Shown: positions 10,173 through 20,363, counted from the whole stretch's first letter. The stretch: DNA of 63,698 nt, filler included, from an uncultured Gemmatimonadota bacterium (GCA_964576115.1; 3 parts of 3 records of this genome joined end to end with filler, not necessarily neighbours in it); one strand, 5' to 3'. Numbers and translations are program-made. Notes: generated from the sequence alone by a model not told the origin.

Positions 10173-11603
10173 ATGAAACGCGGCCCGAGTCGCCGACAGC
10201 GCCTGATCAACAGCACCATCCTCATCGCTGCGGCGGTGGTGCTGGTCGTCGTGCTCTGGATCGAGCACCGCTATTACGTGACCGCTCCCCAGATCTATCA
10301 CTGGTGGGTGGAACTGCTCTTCGTGGCCACTGCGGTCTTGCTCTTCATCACCCTGTGGCTCTCCCTGAAAGGCCGGCGGGAGTCGCGCGAGAAAGACCTG
10401 CTCTTCGAGATCGGGCGCCGGATCTCGGCCACTCTCGATCGCGAGGAACTGCTCAACCTGATCCTGGACGGCCTGCAGGAGGTCGTGGGGTTCGACGCCG
10501 CGGCGATCTTTTTAGTCGATATCGAATCGGGGGAGATGGAGTACAACCTCACCCGGGGGTACGATCAGCGCTATCTCGACCGCCTGCAGCTCAAGGTCGG
10601 GCAGGGGCTGGTGGGTTTCGCGGTCGAAAACAACGAACCGGTCATCGTCGACGACGTGCGGGAGAATCCGCGCTACATCAACGCCCGCTCTCGGACCCGC
10701 AGTGAAATGTGCGTGCCCCTCTCGTGGGCGGGGGAGATCGTCGCCGTGATCAACCTGGAAGCCGATGCGCGGCGGGCCTACCGGCGGCGCGATCTGCGCC
10801 TGCTCGAGGCCTTCGGAGCCCAGGCCGCGGTGGCGATCGAGAACGCCAGCTGCTACTTCGACGCCCAGGAACGTCGCAACCTGGAGCAGGAACTGCAGAT
10901 CGCCGGCGAGATCCAGCGGGCCCTGCTGCCCGCCTCGCCCCCCGAGGTGGAAGGGCTCGAAGTAGCCACTTTTTTCAGACCTTCGCGTAGCATCGGGGGC
11001 GACCTCTACGACCTGGTACCGCTCGGGGAGGGCCGTCTGGGGGTGGCGATCGGCGATATTTCGGGCAAGGGCACGCCGGCCGCCATTCTGATGGCCAGCC
11101 TGTATGCCTCGTTCCGTTCGCTGACCCGCAAGGGGCTCTTTCTGCCCGAGATCATGCGTCAGCTCAATAACCTGCTGTGCGAGAACTTCGGGCTGGGGCG
11201 CTTCGCGACCTTTTTTTACGGCGTCATCGACACGCCGGGCAGAACCATCTACTACTCCAACGCCGGCCATTTCGCGCCCCTGCTCATCAAGGCGGGCGAA
11301 GAACCGGAGACGTTGAGCGACGGCGGCATCGTGCTGGGCTACCTCAGGGATTCCGAATACGACGAGAGCCGCCGCCGGCTGGATGCGGGCGATATCGTCC
11401 TGCTCTACACTGACGGGGTCATCGAAGCCGAGGGCCCCGGGGGAGAAATGTTCGGCGAGGAGCGGCTTGTCGATACCGCCGCCACTCTCATCGGCCGCAG
11501 CGCGAAAGACGTGCTCGACGGGGTGCGCAACGCAGTCATGAACCACTGCCGTCAATGCGAGCAGGCCGACGACATCACCCTGGTGGTGGTCAAGGTCCTC
11601 TGA
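10173..11603 (+). CDS. Membrane-anchored GAF + PP2C (SpoIIE/RsbU-like) serine phosphatase
   Basis: Two N-terminal TMs; GAF (GQGLVGFAV..TRSEMCVPL); IGGDLYD, AIGDISGKG, NAGH, YTDGVIEA, DDITLVV. Confidence 0.9.
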   Translation: MKRGPSRRQRLINSTILIAAAVVLVVVLWIEHRYYVTAPQIYHWWVELLFVATAVLLFITLWLSLKGRRESREKDLLFEIGRRISATLDREELLNLILDGLQEVVGFDAAAIFLVDIESGEMEYNLTRGYDQRYLDRLQLKVGQGLVGFAVENNEPVIVDDVRENPRYINARSRTRSEMCVPLSWAGEIVAVINLEADARRAYRRRDLRLLEAFGAQAAVAIENASCYFDAQERRNLEQELQIAGEIQRALLPASPPEVEGLEVATFFRPSRSIGGDLYDLVPLGEGRLGVAIGDISGKGTPAAILMASLYASFRSLTRKGLFLPEIMRQLNNLLCENFGLGRFATFFYGVIDTPGRTIYYSNAGHFAPLLIKAGEEPETLSDGGIVLGYLRDSEYDESRRRLDAGDIVLLYTDGVIEAEGPGGEMFGEERLVDTAATLIGRSAKDVLDGVRNAVMNHCRQCEQADDITLVVVKVL

Positions 11604-11620
11604 GTCTAAGGATCCCCGGC

Positions 11621-12238
11621 ATGGTCGAACTCACGGTCAGCGGGCTCGAGAAGAAGTACGGCCGCCGCACGGTTTTCCGCGACCTGGAGCTGAGGTGCGC
11701 CGGGGGCGAGATCGCGATCGTGACCGGTCCGAACGGAAGCGGGAAGAGCACTCTGCTACGCACTCTGGCCGGTCTGGAACGGCCCGATGCCGGGACCGTG
11801 CACTGGAGCGAGCACGGGCGGACCTGGGAGCGGGCCGAGCGCCGGCGCCGGATCGGTTTCCTGAGCCCCGACCTCACGTTTTACCGTGAGCTGACCGCGG
11901 TCGAGAACCTGCGTTTCTTCGCCCGTCTGCGGGGCCGGCCGGTCGCTGTGGCCGAGATCGACACCCGGCTCGAAGAGGTCGGTCTCGGAACCCGGGCCGG
12001 CGACCGGGTGGCGGAGTATTCGACCGGCATGGTCCAGCGCCTGCGCCTGGCCTTCGCCCGGCTCGGGTCCCCCCCGGCCCTGCTGCTCGACGAGCCGGGG
12101 CAGAACCTCGATCGGGCGGGGACCGCCCTGGCGCTCGAACTCATTGCCGTGGCCCGCAGCGAAGGCTGCGGTATCGTTGTCGCCACCACCGTCGAAACAG
12201 AGAGGGAGCTGGGCGATGTCGAAGTCCGTCTCGGCTGA
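11621..12238 (+). CDS. ccmA: Heme exporter ATP-binding protein CcmA
   Basis: Walker A GPNGSGKST, YSTGMVQRL, LLLDEP; first gene of the ccmABCD run. Confidence 0.85.
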   Translation: MVELTVSGLEKKYGRRTVFRDLELRCAGGEIAIVTGPNGSGKSTLLRTLAGLERPDAGTVHWSEHGRTWERAERRRRIGFLSPDLTFYRELTAVENLRFFARLRGRPVAVAEIDTRLEEVGLGTRAGDRVAEYSTGMVQRLRLAFARLGSPPALLLDEPGQNLDRAGTALALELIAVARSEGCGIVVATTVETERELGDVEVRLG

Positions 12239-12908
12239 AGGGCGTCTGGCCGGCGCGGCCCTGGCGGTGCTGGTCAAGGAGGTGCGCTGTGAAGTGCGGG
12301 CCGGGTCGGCCCTGCTCACCATCGCCCTTTTCGCCCTGGTGACCCTGACGGTGGTTTCCTGGGGAATCGGCGGCCGCAGCCTCGAACCGGTGGTGCAGGC
12401 CAGCCTGCTCTGGACAGTGCTCTACTTCGCCGCCTCGGTCGGTCTGGCCCGGACCTTCGTGCAGGAAGAGGAGACCGGAACCGCCCTGGCCCTGCGTCTG
12501 GCGGCCGATCCGCCGGCCGTGCTGGCGGGCAAACTGTTCTTCAACATTCTGTTGCTCACGGCCCTGACCCTGCTCGTCACCCCTCTCTTTCTGGCCCTGC
12601 TCGCCGTTCCGGTCCTCGCCCCCGGTTCTTTTCTGCTCCTGCTCGCGATCGGGATCGTCGGCCTGGCGGGGGTCTCGACCCTGGTGGCGGTGATCATCGC
12701 CCGGGCCCGCCTGCGGGGGCCGCTCTTCGGGGTGCTGGCCTTCCCGATCCTGCTCCCGGTGCTCCTGGTCGCGGTCCGCGGCACCGAACTGGCTCTGATC
12801 GGAGCGCCCCCCGCTACGCTCGGTCCCTATCTGGGTTCACTGGCCGGTTTCGCCGGCGCCGCAGTAACGATAAGCTTCCTGCTCTTCACCCCGATCTGGG
12901 AAGGATGA
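12216..12908 (+). CDS. ccmB: Heme exporter permease CcmB
   Basis: KEVRCEVR..RTFVQEEETGT..GKLFFN..LAFPILLPVL; 6 TMs; overlaps ccmA. Confidence 0.88.
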   Translation: MSKSVSAEGRLAGAALAVLVKEVRCEVRAGSALLTIALFALVTLTVVSWGIGGRSLEPVVQASLLWTVLYFAASVGLARTFVQEEETGTALALRLAADPPAVLAGKLFFNILLLTALTLLVTPLFLALLAVPVLAPGSFLLLLAIGIVGLAGVSTLVAVIIARARLRGPLFGVLAFPILLPVLLVAVRGTELALIGAPPATLGPYLGSLAGFAGAAVTISFLLFTPIWEG

Positions 12909-12911
12909 GCC

Positions 12912-13598
12912 GTGCGTCGCGGGCTCACAACAACCGTCCTGCCGGTCGTGACCGGTCTCTGGCTCGCGGCCGCCATAGCGGCCGCCTTCACGGCCGTGCC
13001 GCCGATCCGCGGGCTGGGCGAGCTGAGCCGGATCGCCTGGTTTCACATTCCCGCCGCCTGGGTAGCGGTGCTGGCTTTCACGGTGGCCACGGTCAATTCG
13101 GTCCTCTACCTGCTGAGACGTCAGCGTGCCGGCGGCCGAGCTGCAGGAGCCGACGACCGGGCCGCGGCTGCCGCCGCCCTGGGTCTGCTTTTTGCGCTAC
13201 TGGCCACTCTCTCGGGCGCCTTCTGGGCCCGGCGGGCCTGGGGGGCGTTCTGGAACTGGGATCCCCGTCAGGCGAGCATCGTCATCCTGCTGCTGCTCTA
13301 CGGAGCCTACTTCGCCCTGCGGGCGGCGGTGGATGAGGAGCGCCTGCGGGGCACGCTGGCCGCGGCCTACAACATTCTGGCTTTTCTGACCGTGCCGTAC
13401 CTGATCTTCGCCGTCCCCCGGATCATGGACACCCTGCACCCCGATCCGCTCTTCACGACCGGTTCGGGAGGCGGTATGGCGGGCGGCATGCTGCTCGTTC
13501 TGCTTGCCACCACGGCCGGTTTTACCCTGCTTTTCTTCTGGATGTTCTCGATCGCCGTCCGCCTGCGGCGGCTGCGGCGGGAGGTATGTGATGAGTGA
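12912..13598 (+). CDS. ccmC: Cytochrome c biogenesis heme chaperone-loading protein CcmC
   Basis: WFHIPAAW; WWD motif GAFWARRAWGAFWNWDPRQ; TLHP. Confidence 0.9.
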   Translation: MRRGLTTTVLPVVTGLWLAAAIAAAFTAVPPIRGLGELSRIAWFHIPAAWVAVLAFTVATVNSVLYLLRRQRAGGRAAGADDRAAAAAALGLLFALLATLSGAFWARRAWGAFWNWDPRQASIVILLLLYGAYFALRAAVDEERLRGTLAAAYNILAFLTVPYLIFAVPRIMDTLHPDPLFTTGSGGGMAGGMLLVLLATTAGFTLLFFWMFSIAVRLRRLRREVCDE

Positions 13599-13728
13599 TC
13601 TGACCTGGGCCACCCTGACTGTCCTCCTCATCTGGGGAGGGATCTTCGTCTACCTGCTGGGCCTGGACCGGCGCCTGCGCCGGCTCGAACGGGCCCTGAC
13701 CGACACCGGAGAGGACGCGAGCGCATGA
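13591..13728 (+). CDS. ccmD: CcmD family small membrane protein
   Basis: 45 aa, IWGGIFVYLLGLDRRLRRLE, directly after ccmC. Confidence 0.8.
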   Translation: MSDLTWATLTVLLIWGGIFVYLLGLDRRLRRLERALTDTGEDASA

Positions 13729-14957
13729 GCGAGCCCTTCCCCCCGATCCCGGCCGGCCTGCCGACCGGAATCGCCAAGCCCCATCTCTTTACCCCCGGTC
13801 CCACCATCAGCCTGCCGGCGGGCCGCCTGGCGGCCCTGGCAGCCGAGTGGCACCACCGCACCCCGTCCTTCGAAGCCGCCTTCGCCGAGAGCCGGGAGCG
13901 CCTGGCCGCCCTGATGGGTCTGGAGGGTCCGGTCGCCCTGATCGCCGCCTCGGGTACGGGCGGCATGGAAGCCGCCCTGGTCAACACGGTCGGACCCGGG
14001 CAGGAGGCGATTGTCGTCAACGCCGGCAAGTTCGGCGAGCGGTGGGGGGAAATTCTCGAAGCGTACGGCGCTGTCCCCCGGGTTCTCGAAGTGGAGTGGG
14101 GCGCATCGGCTCAGCCCGATCAGGTGCGCGAGATACTGGCGCGCTTCCCGGCGGCGCGAGCGCTCTGCGTGCAGGCCAGCGAGACCAGTACCGGGGCCGC
14201 CCACGACCTGCCGGCGATGGCGGCCGTGGCCCGCGAGGCCGCCGACTGCCTGCTCATCGCCGATGCCGTGAGCTGGATGGGAGCTGCGCCCCTCACGGCC
14301 GACGAGTGGGGCGTGGACGTGGTGGTCGGGGGCTCGCAGAAAGCCTTCATGATGGGCCCGGGGCTGACCTGGGTCGGTCTCGGAGAGCGGGCGGTGCGGC
14401 GCCAGCAGCAGGATGCGGGAGCGGCGCGGTTCTATTTCGATCTGGCCCGGCAGGGCAAACCGGGGGGGCGCAGCGCCTTCACCCCCGCCATCGACCTGGT
14501 CATGGCGCTCGTGACCGCCCTGCGTTTCATCCAGGACGAGGTGGGCGCCGAGCGTTTCATCCTCAACGCCCTGCGCCAGGCGACCGCCTTCCGGGCGGCT
14601 CTGCCCGAGCTGGGTCTGGCCCCCTTCGCCGCTCATCCGACTCCTTCGCTGACCGCCATCAAGGTGCCCGAAGAACTCGACGGGGCGGCCCTGCTCAAAC
14701 GGCTCGAGCACGCCTACGGCGTCAAAGCCGCCGGCGGACAGGCCCATATGAAGGGCAAACTGCTCCGATTCGCCCACATGGGCTATTACGACCTGTACGA
14801 CACCATCGGCTGTGTTTCGGCGCTCGAACTGGCCCTGGCCGATCTCGACCATCCGGTCGAACCGGGCCGCGGCCCGGCGGCTGCCCAGCGGGCCGCCCAC
14901 GCTTTCGACCGGGATCACGCCCCGGCCGCGGGCGGAAGACCGCCGGATCCGGACTGA
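13725..14957 (+). CDS. Class V PLP aminotransferase (alanine-glyoxylate/serine-pyruvate family)
   Basis: LFTPGPT, ASGTGGMEAAL, SETSTG, DAVS, GSQKAFM (PLP Lys), RFAHMG. Confidence 0.9.
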   Translation: MSEPFPPIPAGLPTGIAKPHLFTPGPTISLPAGRLAALAAEWHHRTPSFEAAFAESRERLAALMGLEGPVALIAASGTGGMEAALVNTVGPGQEAIVVNAGKFGERWGEILEAYGAVPRVLEVEWGASAQPDQVREILARFPAARALCVQASETSTGAAHDLPAMAAVAREAADCLLIADAVSWMGAAPLTADEWGVDVVVGGSQKAFMMGPGLTWVGLGERAVRRQQQDAGAARFYFDLARQGKPGGRSAFTPAIDLVMALVTALRFIQDEVGAERFILNALRQATAFRAALPELGLAPFAAHPTPSLTAIKVPEELDGAALLKRLEHAYGVKAAGGQAHMKGKLLRFAHMGYYDLYDTIGCVSALELALADLDHPVEPGRGPAAAQRAAHAFDRDHAPAAGGRPPDPD

Positions 14958-15000
14958 GCACACCGCTTCATACATACGGTAGCGTATCGAGAGGGCCGAG

Positions 15001-16002
15001 GTGTCCGGCCCGCAGCCGGAACCGGAGAGCCCCGATCAGGAGGGCGCCGGCGAACAACCGGGGGAGGGGAGAGTGAATGTGAACCAGCCCGCCCCGACCG
15101 TGGTCATCTGCGGCCCCTTCGATCCCGCCGGGCGTGCTTCTCTGGAACAGGCCGGGCTGTCAGTGCGCGCCTTCCCCGATTTCACCCCCGAAGCCGAACG
15201 AGCGGCCCGGGGCGCCTCGGCCCTCATCGTACGCAGTCATACCCCCGTGACCGCCGAATTGATGGACCGCTGCCCGCTGCTGCGGGCGATCGGCCGGCCC
15301 GGCTCGGGCACCGAGCGGGTCGACACCGCGGGTGCCGAAGCGCGGGGGATCGCGGTCGTGAGCGCTCCGGGCGCCAATGCCCCGACCGTCGCCGAGCATA
15401 CCCTCGCTCTGATCCTGGCCCTGACCCGGCGCCTGGCCCCCCTCTTTGAGGGCCTGCGCGAAGGCCGATGGGAGAAAGCCGGGTACGAAGGGAGCGAACT
15501 CGCCGGGCGAAACCTGGCCCTGATCGGCCTGGGCCGGGTGGGCCGGGCGGTGGCGCTTCGGGCCCGCAGTTTCGGGGTCCGCCTGCGGGCCCACGATCCC
15601 TGGCTCGAGCCCGACCGGGCTGTTGCGGCCGGGGTCGAACTGACCGGTCTCGAGGATCTGTTACGCGAGGCCGACATCGTGAGCCTGCACGCTCCTCTGA
15701 CACCCGAGACAACGGGGCTGCTCGACACCCGCCGCCTGGCTCTGCTGCCCCGCGGTGCTCTGGTCGTCAATACCGCCCGGGGAGCCCTGATCGACGAAGC
15801 GGCCCTGCTCGCCGCCCTCGAGAGCGGGCAGGTAGGGGGCGCAGCCCTCGACGTGCATGCCGAGGAGCCCCCCGGCGCAACCGCCCTGCTGACTCATCCC
15901 CGCGTCATCGCCACCCCCCACGTGGCCGGCACCGGTCCCCGCGCCCGGGCCGAGGCCGCCCGGATCGTGGCCGAGCGGCTGATAGAGATTGTCGTGCCCT
16001 GA
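15001..16002 (+). CDS. D-2-hydroxyacid dehydrogenase (SerA-like, no ACT domain)
   Basis: GLGRVG NAD motif, SLHAPLTPET, NTARG, DVHAEEP, TPHVAG; start may be GTG 15073. Confidence 0.88.
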   Translation: MSGPQPEPESPDQEGAGEQPGEGRVNVNQPAPTVVICGPFDPAGRASLEQAGLSVRAFPDFTPEAERAARGASALIVRSHTPVTAELMDRCPLLRAIGRPGSGTERVDTAGAEARGIAVVSAPGANAPTVAEHTLALILALTRRLAPLFEGLREGRWEKAGYEGSELAGRNLALIGLGRVGRAVALRARSFGVRLRAHDPWLEPDRAVAAGVELTGLEDLLREADIVSLHAPLTPETTGLLDTRRLALLPRGALVVNTARGALIDEAALLAALESGQVGGAALDVHAEEPPGATALLTHPRVIATPHVAGTGPRARAEAARIVAERLIEIVVP

Positions 16003-16180
16003 GCCACGAATTCGTCGTCATTCGTACTCTGCTGCATCCGCATCGGCGGCGTTGCGCCTCCTCACCACAGCCACCGCTATGGTGTCGTCGCCGCGCCCGG
16101 CCGCAGCGGCGCAGCGGAGCCGGACCCGGAAGCGATACACGGATCGGCCGGCGGAACGTCGGTATGGGTGCCATGATTCA

Positions 16181-16209
16181 TTGACTTGCCGGGGTACAAT
16201 GGCGAGAAT
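16181..16209 (+). promoter_or_regulatory. Putative sigma70-type promoter for the STAS gene
   Basis: TTGACT-N17-GAGAAT about 60 bp upstream of GTG 16270. Confidence 0.4.
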
Positions 16210-16269
16210 AGTGGGGTTGATTCCAACGGCTACCGTGGAGCGGCTCGTGCCGAGCGGAGGGTATCACGC

Positions 16270-16620
16270 GTGAAGATTAACGAGACGATGGAGGGCAACG
16301 TCGCCATCATCACCCTGAAGGGGAAATTGATGGGCGGCCCCGAGATGCAGGAACTCCACGATCATATCAGTGAGCTGATGCAAGACGGCGTCAAGCAGGT
16401 CGTCTGCGATCTGAGCAAGGTCAAGTGGCTGAATTCTTCCGGCCTCGGAGCGCTGATGGGGGCACTGACCACCCTGCGCAACAACGGCGGAGACATGAAA
16501 CTGGCCCACGCCTCGGACAAGATCCAGAGCCTGCTCATGATCACCAAGCTGATGTCGATCTTCGATACCCACGAGGATGTTGATGGCGCGGTGAAGTCCT
16601 TCGGGGCCGCAGAAGAGTAA
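16270..16620 (+). CDS. STAS-domain anti-sigma factor antagonist (RsbV/SpoIIAA-like)
   Basis: GGAGG RBS; DLSKVKWLNSSGLGALM with phosphorylatable Ser; ITKLMSIF. Confidence 0.92.
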   Translation: MKINETMEGNVAIITLKGKLMGGPEMQELHDHISELMQDGVKQVVCDLSKVKWLNSSGLGALMGALTTLRNNGGDMKLAHASDKIQSLLMITKLMSIFDTHEDVDGAVKSFGAAEE

Positions 16621-16635
16621 TTTCCGGAGTCGGCG

Positions 16636-17553
16636 ATGCAGGCTCCGGCCTTTCTCGATGGGGTCATCGTTCCGGTGGTGACCCCTTTTTCGTTGGCCCA
16701 CGACGTGGACCCGGCGGCCCTGCGGGCCCAGCTCGACTGGCTCGGCGGGCGCAGCCTGGCCGGGGTGGTGGCGCTCGGATCGACCGGTGAAGCGCCCTTC
16801 GTGACCGATGACGAACGTCGGCTCGTCTACGACACGGTGGCTGAGGCCCGGGCGGCCGGTCAGACATTCATCGCCGGCACCGGGGCCGAGAGTACGGCCA
16901 GCACGATCGCCAACGCCCGGCTGGCCGCCGCAGCCGGCGCCGACGCCCAGCTGGTCATCAATCCCTGTTACTACGCCGCGCAGATGGATACCGCCGCCCT
17001 GGTGGCGCACTACACCGCTCTGGCCGACGCCGTCGAGCTGCCGGTCATCCTCTATAATATCCCTCAGAATACAGGCGTCCCGATTCCTCCCGAAGCGGTC
17101 GAAACCCTGGCCGGGCACGAGAACATCGTCGGCATCAAGGATTCCTCGGGCGATCTGCGCACGATCCAGCTCTACCTGGAGCGGACCCCGCCCGGGTTCG
17201 GGGTTATCACCGGCAGCGCCCTGCTTGCCGTCCCGGCCGCGGAGGCCGGAGTCTGCGGCGCCATCCTGGCCATGGCCAACGTCGTCCCCGAACTCTGCGG
17301 GGCGGCCTTCGAAGCCGGGCAGGAGGGCCGGGTGGAGCAGGGGCGGGCCCTGCAGGTCGAACTGAACTACCTGACCCGGGCGGTGCAGGGACGCTTCGGT
17401 ATTCCCGGAATCAAGGCTGCCGCCACCCTGCTCGGCGGTTCGGGAGGCCTTCCCCGGCCGCCCCTGCGCGCTCTGAGCGAGGGCGACGAAGAGGAAGTCC
17501 GGGCGGCGCTCGCCGAGGGCGGGCTGCTCGAACCGCAGCCGGCCGGCGACTGA
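16636..17553 (+). CDS. DapA-family aldolase, resembling 4-hydroxy-2-oxoglutarate aldolase
   Basis: GSTGE, NPCYY, LYNIPQNTG, GIKDSSGD (Schiff-base Lys), RFGIPGIK. Confidence 0.85.
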   Translation: MQAPAFLDGVIVPVVTPFSLAHDVDPAALRAQLDWLGGRSLAGVVALGSTGEAPFVTDDERRLVYDTVAEARAAGQTFIAGTGAESTASTIANARLAAAAGADAQLVINPCYYAAQMDTAALVAHYTALADAVELPVILYNIPQNTGVPIPPEAVETLAGHENIVGIKDSSGDLRTIQLYLERTPPGFGVITGSALLAVPAAEAGVCGAILAMANVVPELCGAAFEAGQEGRVEQGRALQVELNYLTRAVQGRFGIPGIKAAATLLGGSGGLPRPPLRALSEGDEEEVRAALAEGGLLEPQPAGD

Positions 17554-17556
17554 CCC

Positions 17557-19008
17557 GTGGGGGGGCTGTACCGGCCGGGCATCGCTTCCCTTCCCTCCTC
17601 TTCCGCCTCCCCTTCCTGTCTCTCTTTCAGGCTCCGTTTCCGCCGCGCGCTCGATTCGCCCGGGCTTTCGCCATCCCCTGGCGTCCGCATTCACGTCCTG
17701 CCCGTTCTCTTCCTGTTCCTGGCCGCCGCCTGCAGTTCCGGCGAGCGCGGCGCCGAGGGGCGTACCGTCCTGCGGGTGACGACCTGGGCCAGCCAGGAGG
17801 AGCTGGCCATCATGGAAAGCTCGGTCGAACTCTTCGAAGCCGCTCATCCCGAGGTGGACGTGCGCCACGAGCCGGTCACGGTGAACTACAAGGAGAAGAT
17901 CATGGTCAGTCTGGCGGGGGGGTCCCCACCCGACGTGATGCTCCTGGATTCGGACGATCTGCCCGCTTTCGCCGATCGCGGCCTGCTCATCAACCTGGCT
18001 CCCTACGCCCGGCGGGTCGGGCTCGACCTGGATCTCTTCTACCCCCACGTGCTCGATATCGGGCGGCGCGGCGAGGCCCTCTTCGCCTGGCCGAAGGACT
18101 TCACTCCCATGGTCATCTATTACAACCGCGACCTGCTCGAGGCGGCCGGGGTGGCTCCCGAGGGGGTGAACTGGAACTGGGAGGAGTTCCTGGCGGCGGC
18201 CCGCGCGGTGCGGCGCGACGTCGACGGCGACGGCGAACCCGAGATCTACGGCGCCTACGTCGGCCGCTACTTCTACACCTGGCAGCCGTGGATCTGGGCC
18301 GGGGGGGGTGCCGTCTTCAGTCCCGACGGTACCCGGGCGGTGGGCTGGACCGATTCGGAAGCGGTCAACCGGACCATCGGTTTTCTGGCCGATCTGCGGC
18401 GGCGTTACGCGCTCAGCCCGCGCCCCGAGGTCTTTCGGGGCACCTCGGGAATGGTGCAGAACCTCTTTTACGTGGGGCGGGTGGCGATGATCGAAAGCGG
18501 CCACTGGTGGCTCCCCAAGCTGGGGCAGTACGTACAACAGGGGCGGGTTCGGATCGGGGTGGCCAATATCCCCCACGCCGAGGGAGTCGACCCGGTCACG
18601 GTCATGTACGAATCGGGGTGGGCGGTCCCGGTGGGGAGCCGGCACCGGCAGTGGGCCGTGCGACTGGCCGCCTTTCTGGCCGATGAGCGGTGCCAGCGAC
18701 TGCGCGGCGAGCTCGGACTGGCGATTCCCGCCATGCCCCATATCGCCGAAGAGATCGTTCGCAACGACCCCTGGGGAGTGGGGGACGCCTTTCTGCGCAT
18801 CATCCCCACCGCCCGGCCGAGCCGGGGCACCCAGATCGACAACTACCGGGTAGCCGCCCGCCAGCTCGAGGAGATCTTCGACCGCATCTACGCCCGGGGC
18901 GAGAGCGTGGCCAAGGCCACCGCGGCGGTGGCCCCCAAGGTCGAGGCGGCCCTGCGGCCGCGTCCCGGTTCGCCGCCCGGCTCCGGGGGGGAGGAGAACC
19001 GGCGATGA
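17557..19008 (+). CDS. Sugar ABC transporter substrate-binding lipoprotein (start uncertain)
   Basis: Lipobox LAAAC; PPDVM, IYYNRDLL..WNWEEFL, GRVAM. Confidence 0.85.
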   Translation: MGGLYRPGIASLPSSSASPSCLSFRLRFRRALDSPGLSPSPGVRIHVLPVLFLFLAAACSSGERGAEGRTVLRVTTWASQEELAIMESSVELFEAAHPEVDVRHEPVTVNYKEKIMVSLAGGSPPDVMLLDSDDLPAFADRGLLINLAPYARRVGLDLDLFYPHVLDIGRRGEALFAWPKDFTPMVIYYNRDLLEAAGVAPEGVNWNWEEFLAAARAVRRDVDGDGEPEIYGAYVGRYFYTWQPWIWAGGGAVFSPDGTRAVGWTDSEAVNRTIGFLADLRRRYALSPRPEVFRGTSGMVQNLFYVGRVAMIESGHWWLPKLGQYVQQGRVRIGVANIPHAEGVDPVTVMYESGWAVPVGSRHRQWAVRLAAFLADERCQRLRGELGLAIPAMPHIAEEIVRNDPWGVGDAFLRIIPTARPSRGTQIDNYRVAARQLEEIFDRIYARGESVAKATAAVAPKVEAALRPRPGSPPGSGGEENRR

Positions 19009-20363
19009 TGCGGCAGCCAGCCGGTTCCCCGGCCTCCGGGCGCGGCTTTGCCGGGCGCCTGCTCGCCCGGCTGCGCCGACACCGCACGGCGGCGGCCGTT
19101 CTGGCGCTGGCCCTGCCCCTGGCCGCCGGGGCGTTCGGGTTCGGGCCCCTGCTCGCCGGGCGTCTGTTGAAAGCGTCCGAACAGGTGCGCCGGGAACGGG
19201 TGCTCGAGATTGCGGCGGCGGTCGCGGAAGTGCGCGACGAGGCCCGGCGGGAAGTAGCCCGCGTCGTGGGGAGCGGGAGAGGGATCGAAGCGGCCGCGGT
19301 CCGCGTCGCGCTGGCCCGGACCGGGTGGGAGACGGTACCGGGGATCTTCACACCCGATGACGGTATTCCCGGCGACGCGACGCCGGAGCTGAGCCGGGTC
19401 TTCCTCGACGCGGTCGACCGCGAGGGAATCGTGGCCGCCTATCGTTTCGACACCGCCGGGCCGCAGCTCATCATCGGCGTGCGCACGGACGCCGCCGGAG
19501 CGGGCCCCCCGGGAGCGGGCACCGCCCCGCTGGTGGTGGCCGTCCGCCCGGCCCGCGCCCCCCTCGCCCGGGCTCTGGGCCGCGCCGGCGATCTCGGAGC
19601 GGCCCTCTATGTCGAAGGCCGCAGTCTCGTCGTTTCGCCCGCTCCCCTGAGCGCCCTGCTGCCCTCCGATCTGGACGAGGAACTGATCGTGGCCGTCATT
19701 GGAGAGGAGCAGCCGCGGCCTTTCGCAACGGGCGGGGGAGATGAATTTCTGGGCGCCGTGGCGCCGCTGAAGGATTTCGAGTCCTGGGATGTGATCGGCC
19801 TCGTTGCGGCCGGCGCGCCGCGGTCGGCCTGGCAGGGACTCGAGCGCCGCGGTGATGGATTCGCCCTGCTGCTGCTCGCTCTGGCCCTGCTCGCCGCCCT
19901 CGCCCTGGTGCCCGCCGTGCGATCGACAAGCGGCCGGGCCCCCTGGCTCGCCCTGCCGGCGCTCATTCCGGTCGTGGCCGGAGGCCTGCTGATGCGCAGC
20001 CGCCTGCAGGCGGGTGTCGAAGACGTGCTCGGCTCGGGACCGGCGGCGGTCCGGCAGGCTCTGGCCGCGGGGGGGCTCGTGGAACGCTACACCTTCGGGG
20101 CCGAACTGCTCCTGCTGGGCGCTTTCGTGCTGATGGTCTTCTGGGCCGCTCTGGTCCTGCTCACGGCCGCCAACCTCGACCGGCCCCGCACCCTGCGCAC
20201 CACCTTCACCGCCTGGGCTTTTCTCAGCCCCTCGGTGCTCGGCCTGCTGGTCTTCTTTCTGGGTCCGATGCTCTTTGCCCTTTTCATCAGTTTCCATTCC
20301 TGGAGCATCGTGGAAAGTGCCAAACCCTTCGTCGGCCTGGATAACTACACCGAGCTGGTGGCC
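19005..20363 (+). CDS. Sugar ABC permease with long N-terminal extracytoplasmic (Cache-like) extension, truncated at contig end
   Basis: ATG overlaps the SBP stop; C-terminal AWAFLSPSVLGLLVFFLGPMLFALFISF..FVGLDNY is the CUT1 permease N-terminus. Confidence 0.75.

Noticed and set aside
11621-13728. ccmABCD without ccmEFH as an anomaly
   Set aside because: Split ccm loci are common; the remaining genes are probably elsewhere in the genome
16264-18741. Long antisense ORFs (also 3426-5195, 31003-32697, 35366-37405, 38366-41122, 45999-48344)
   Set aside because: Shadow ORFs typical of high-GC DNA, opposite genes with clear family motifs
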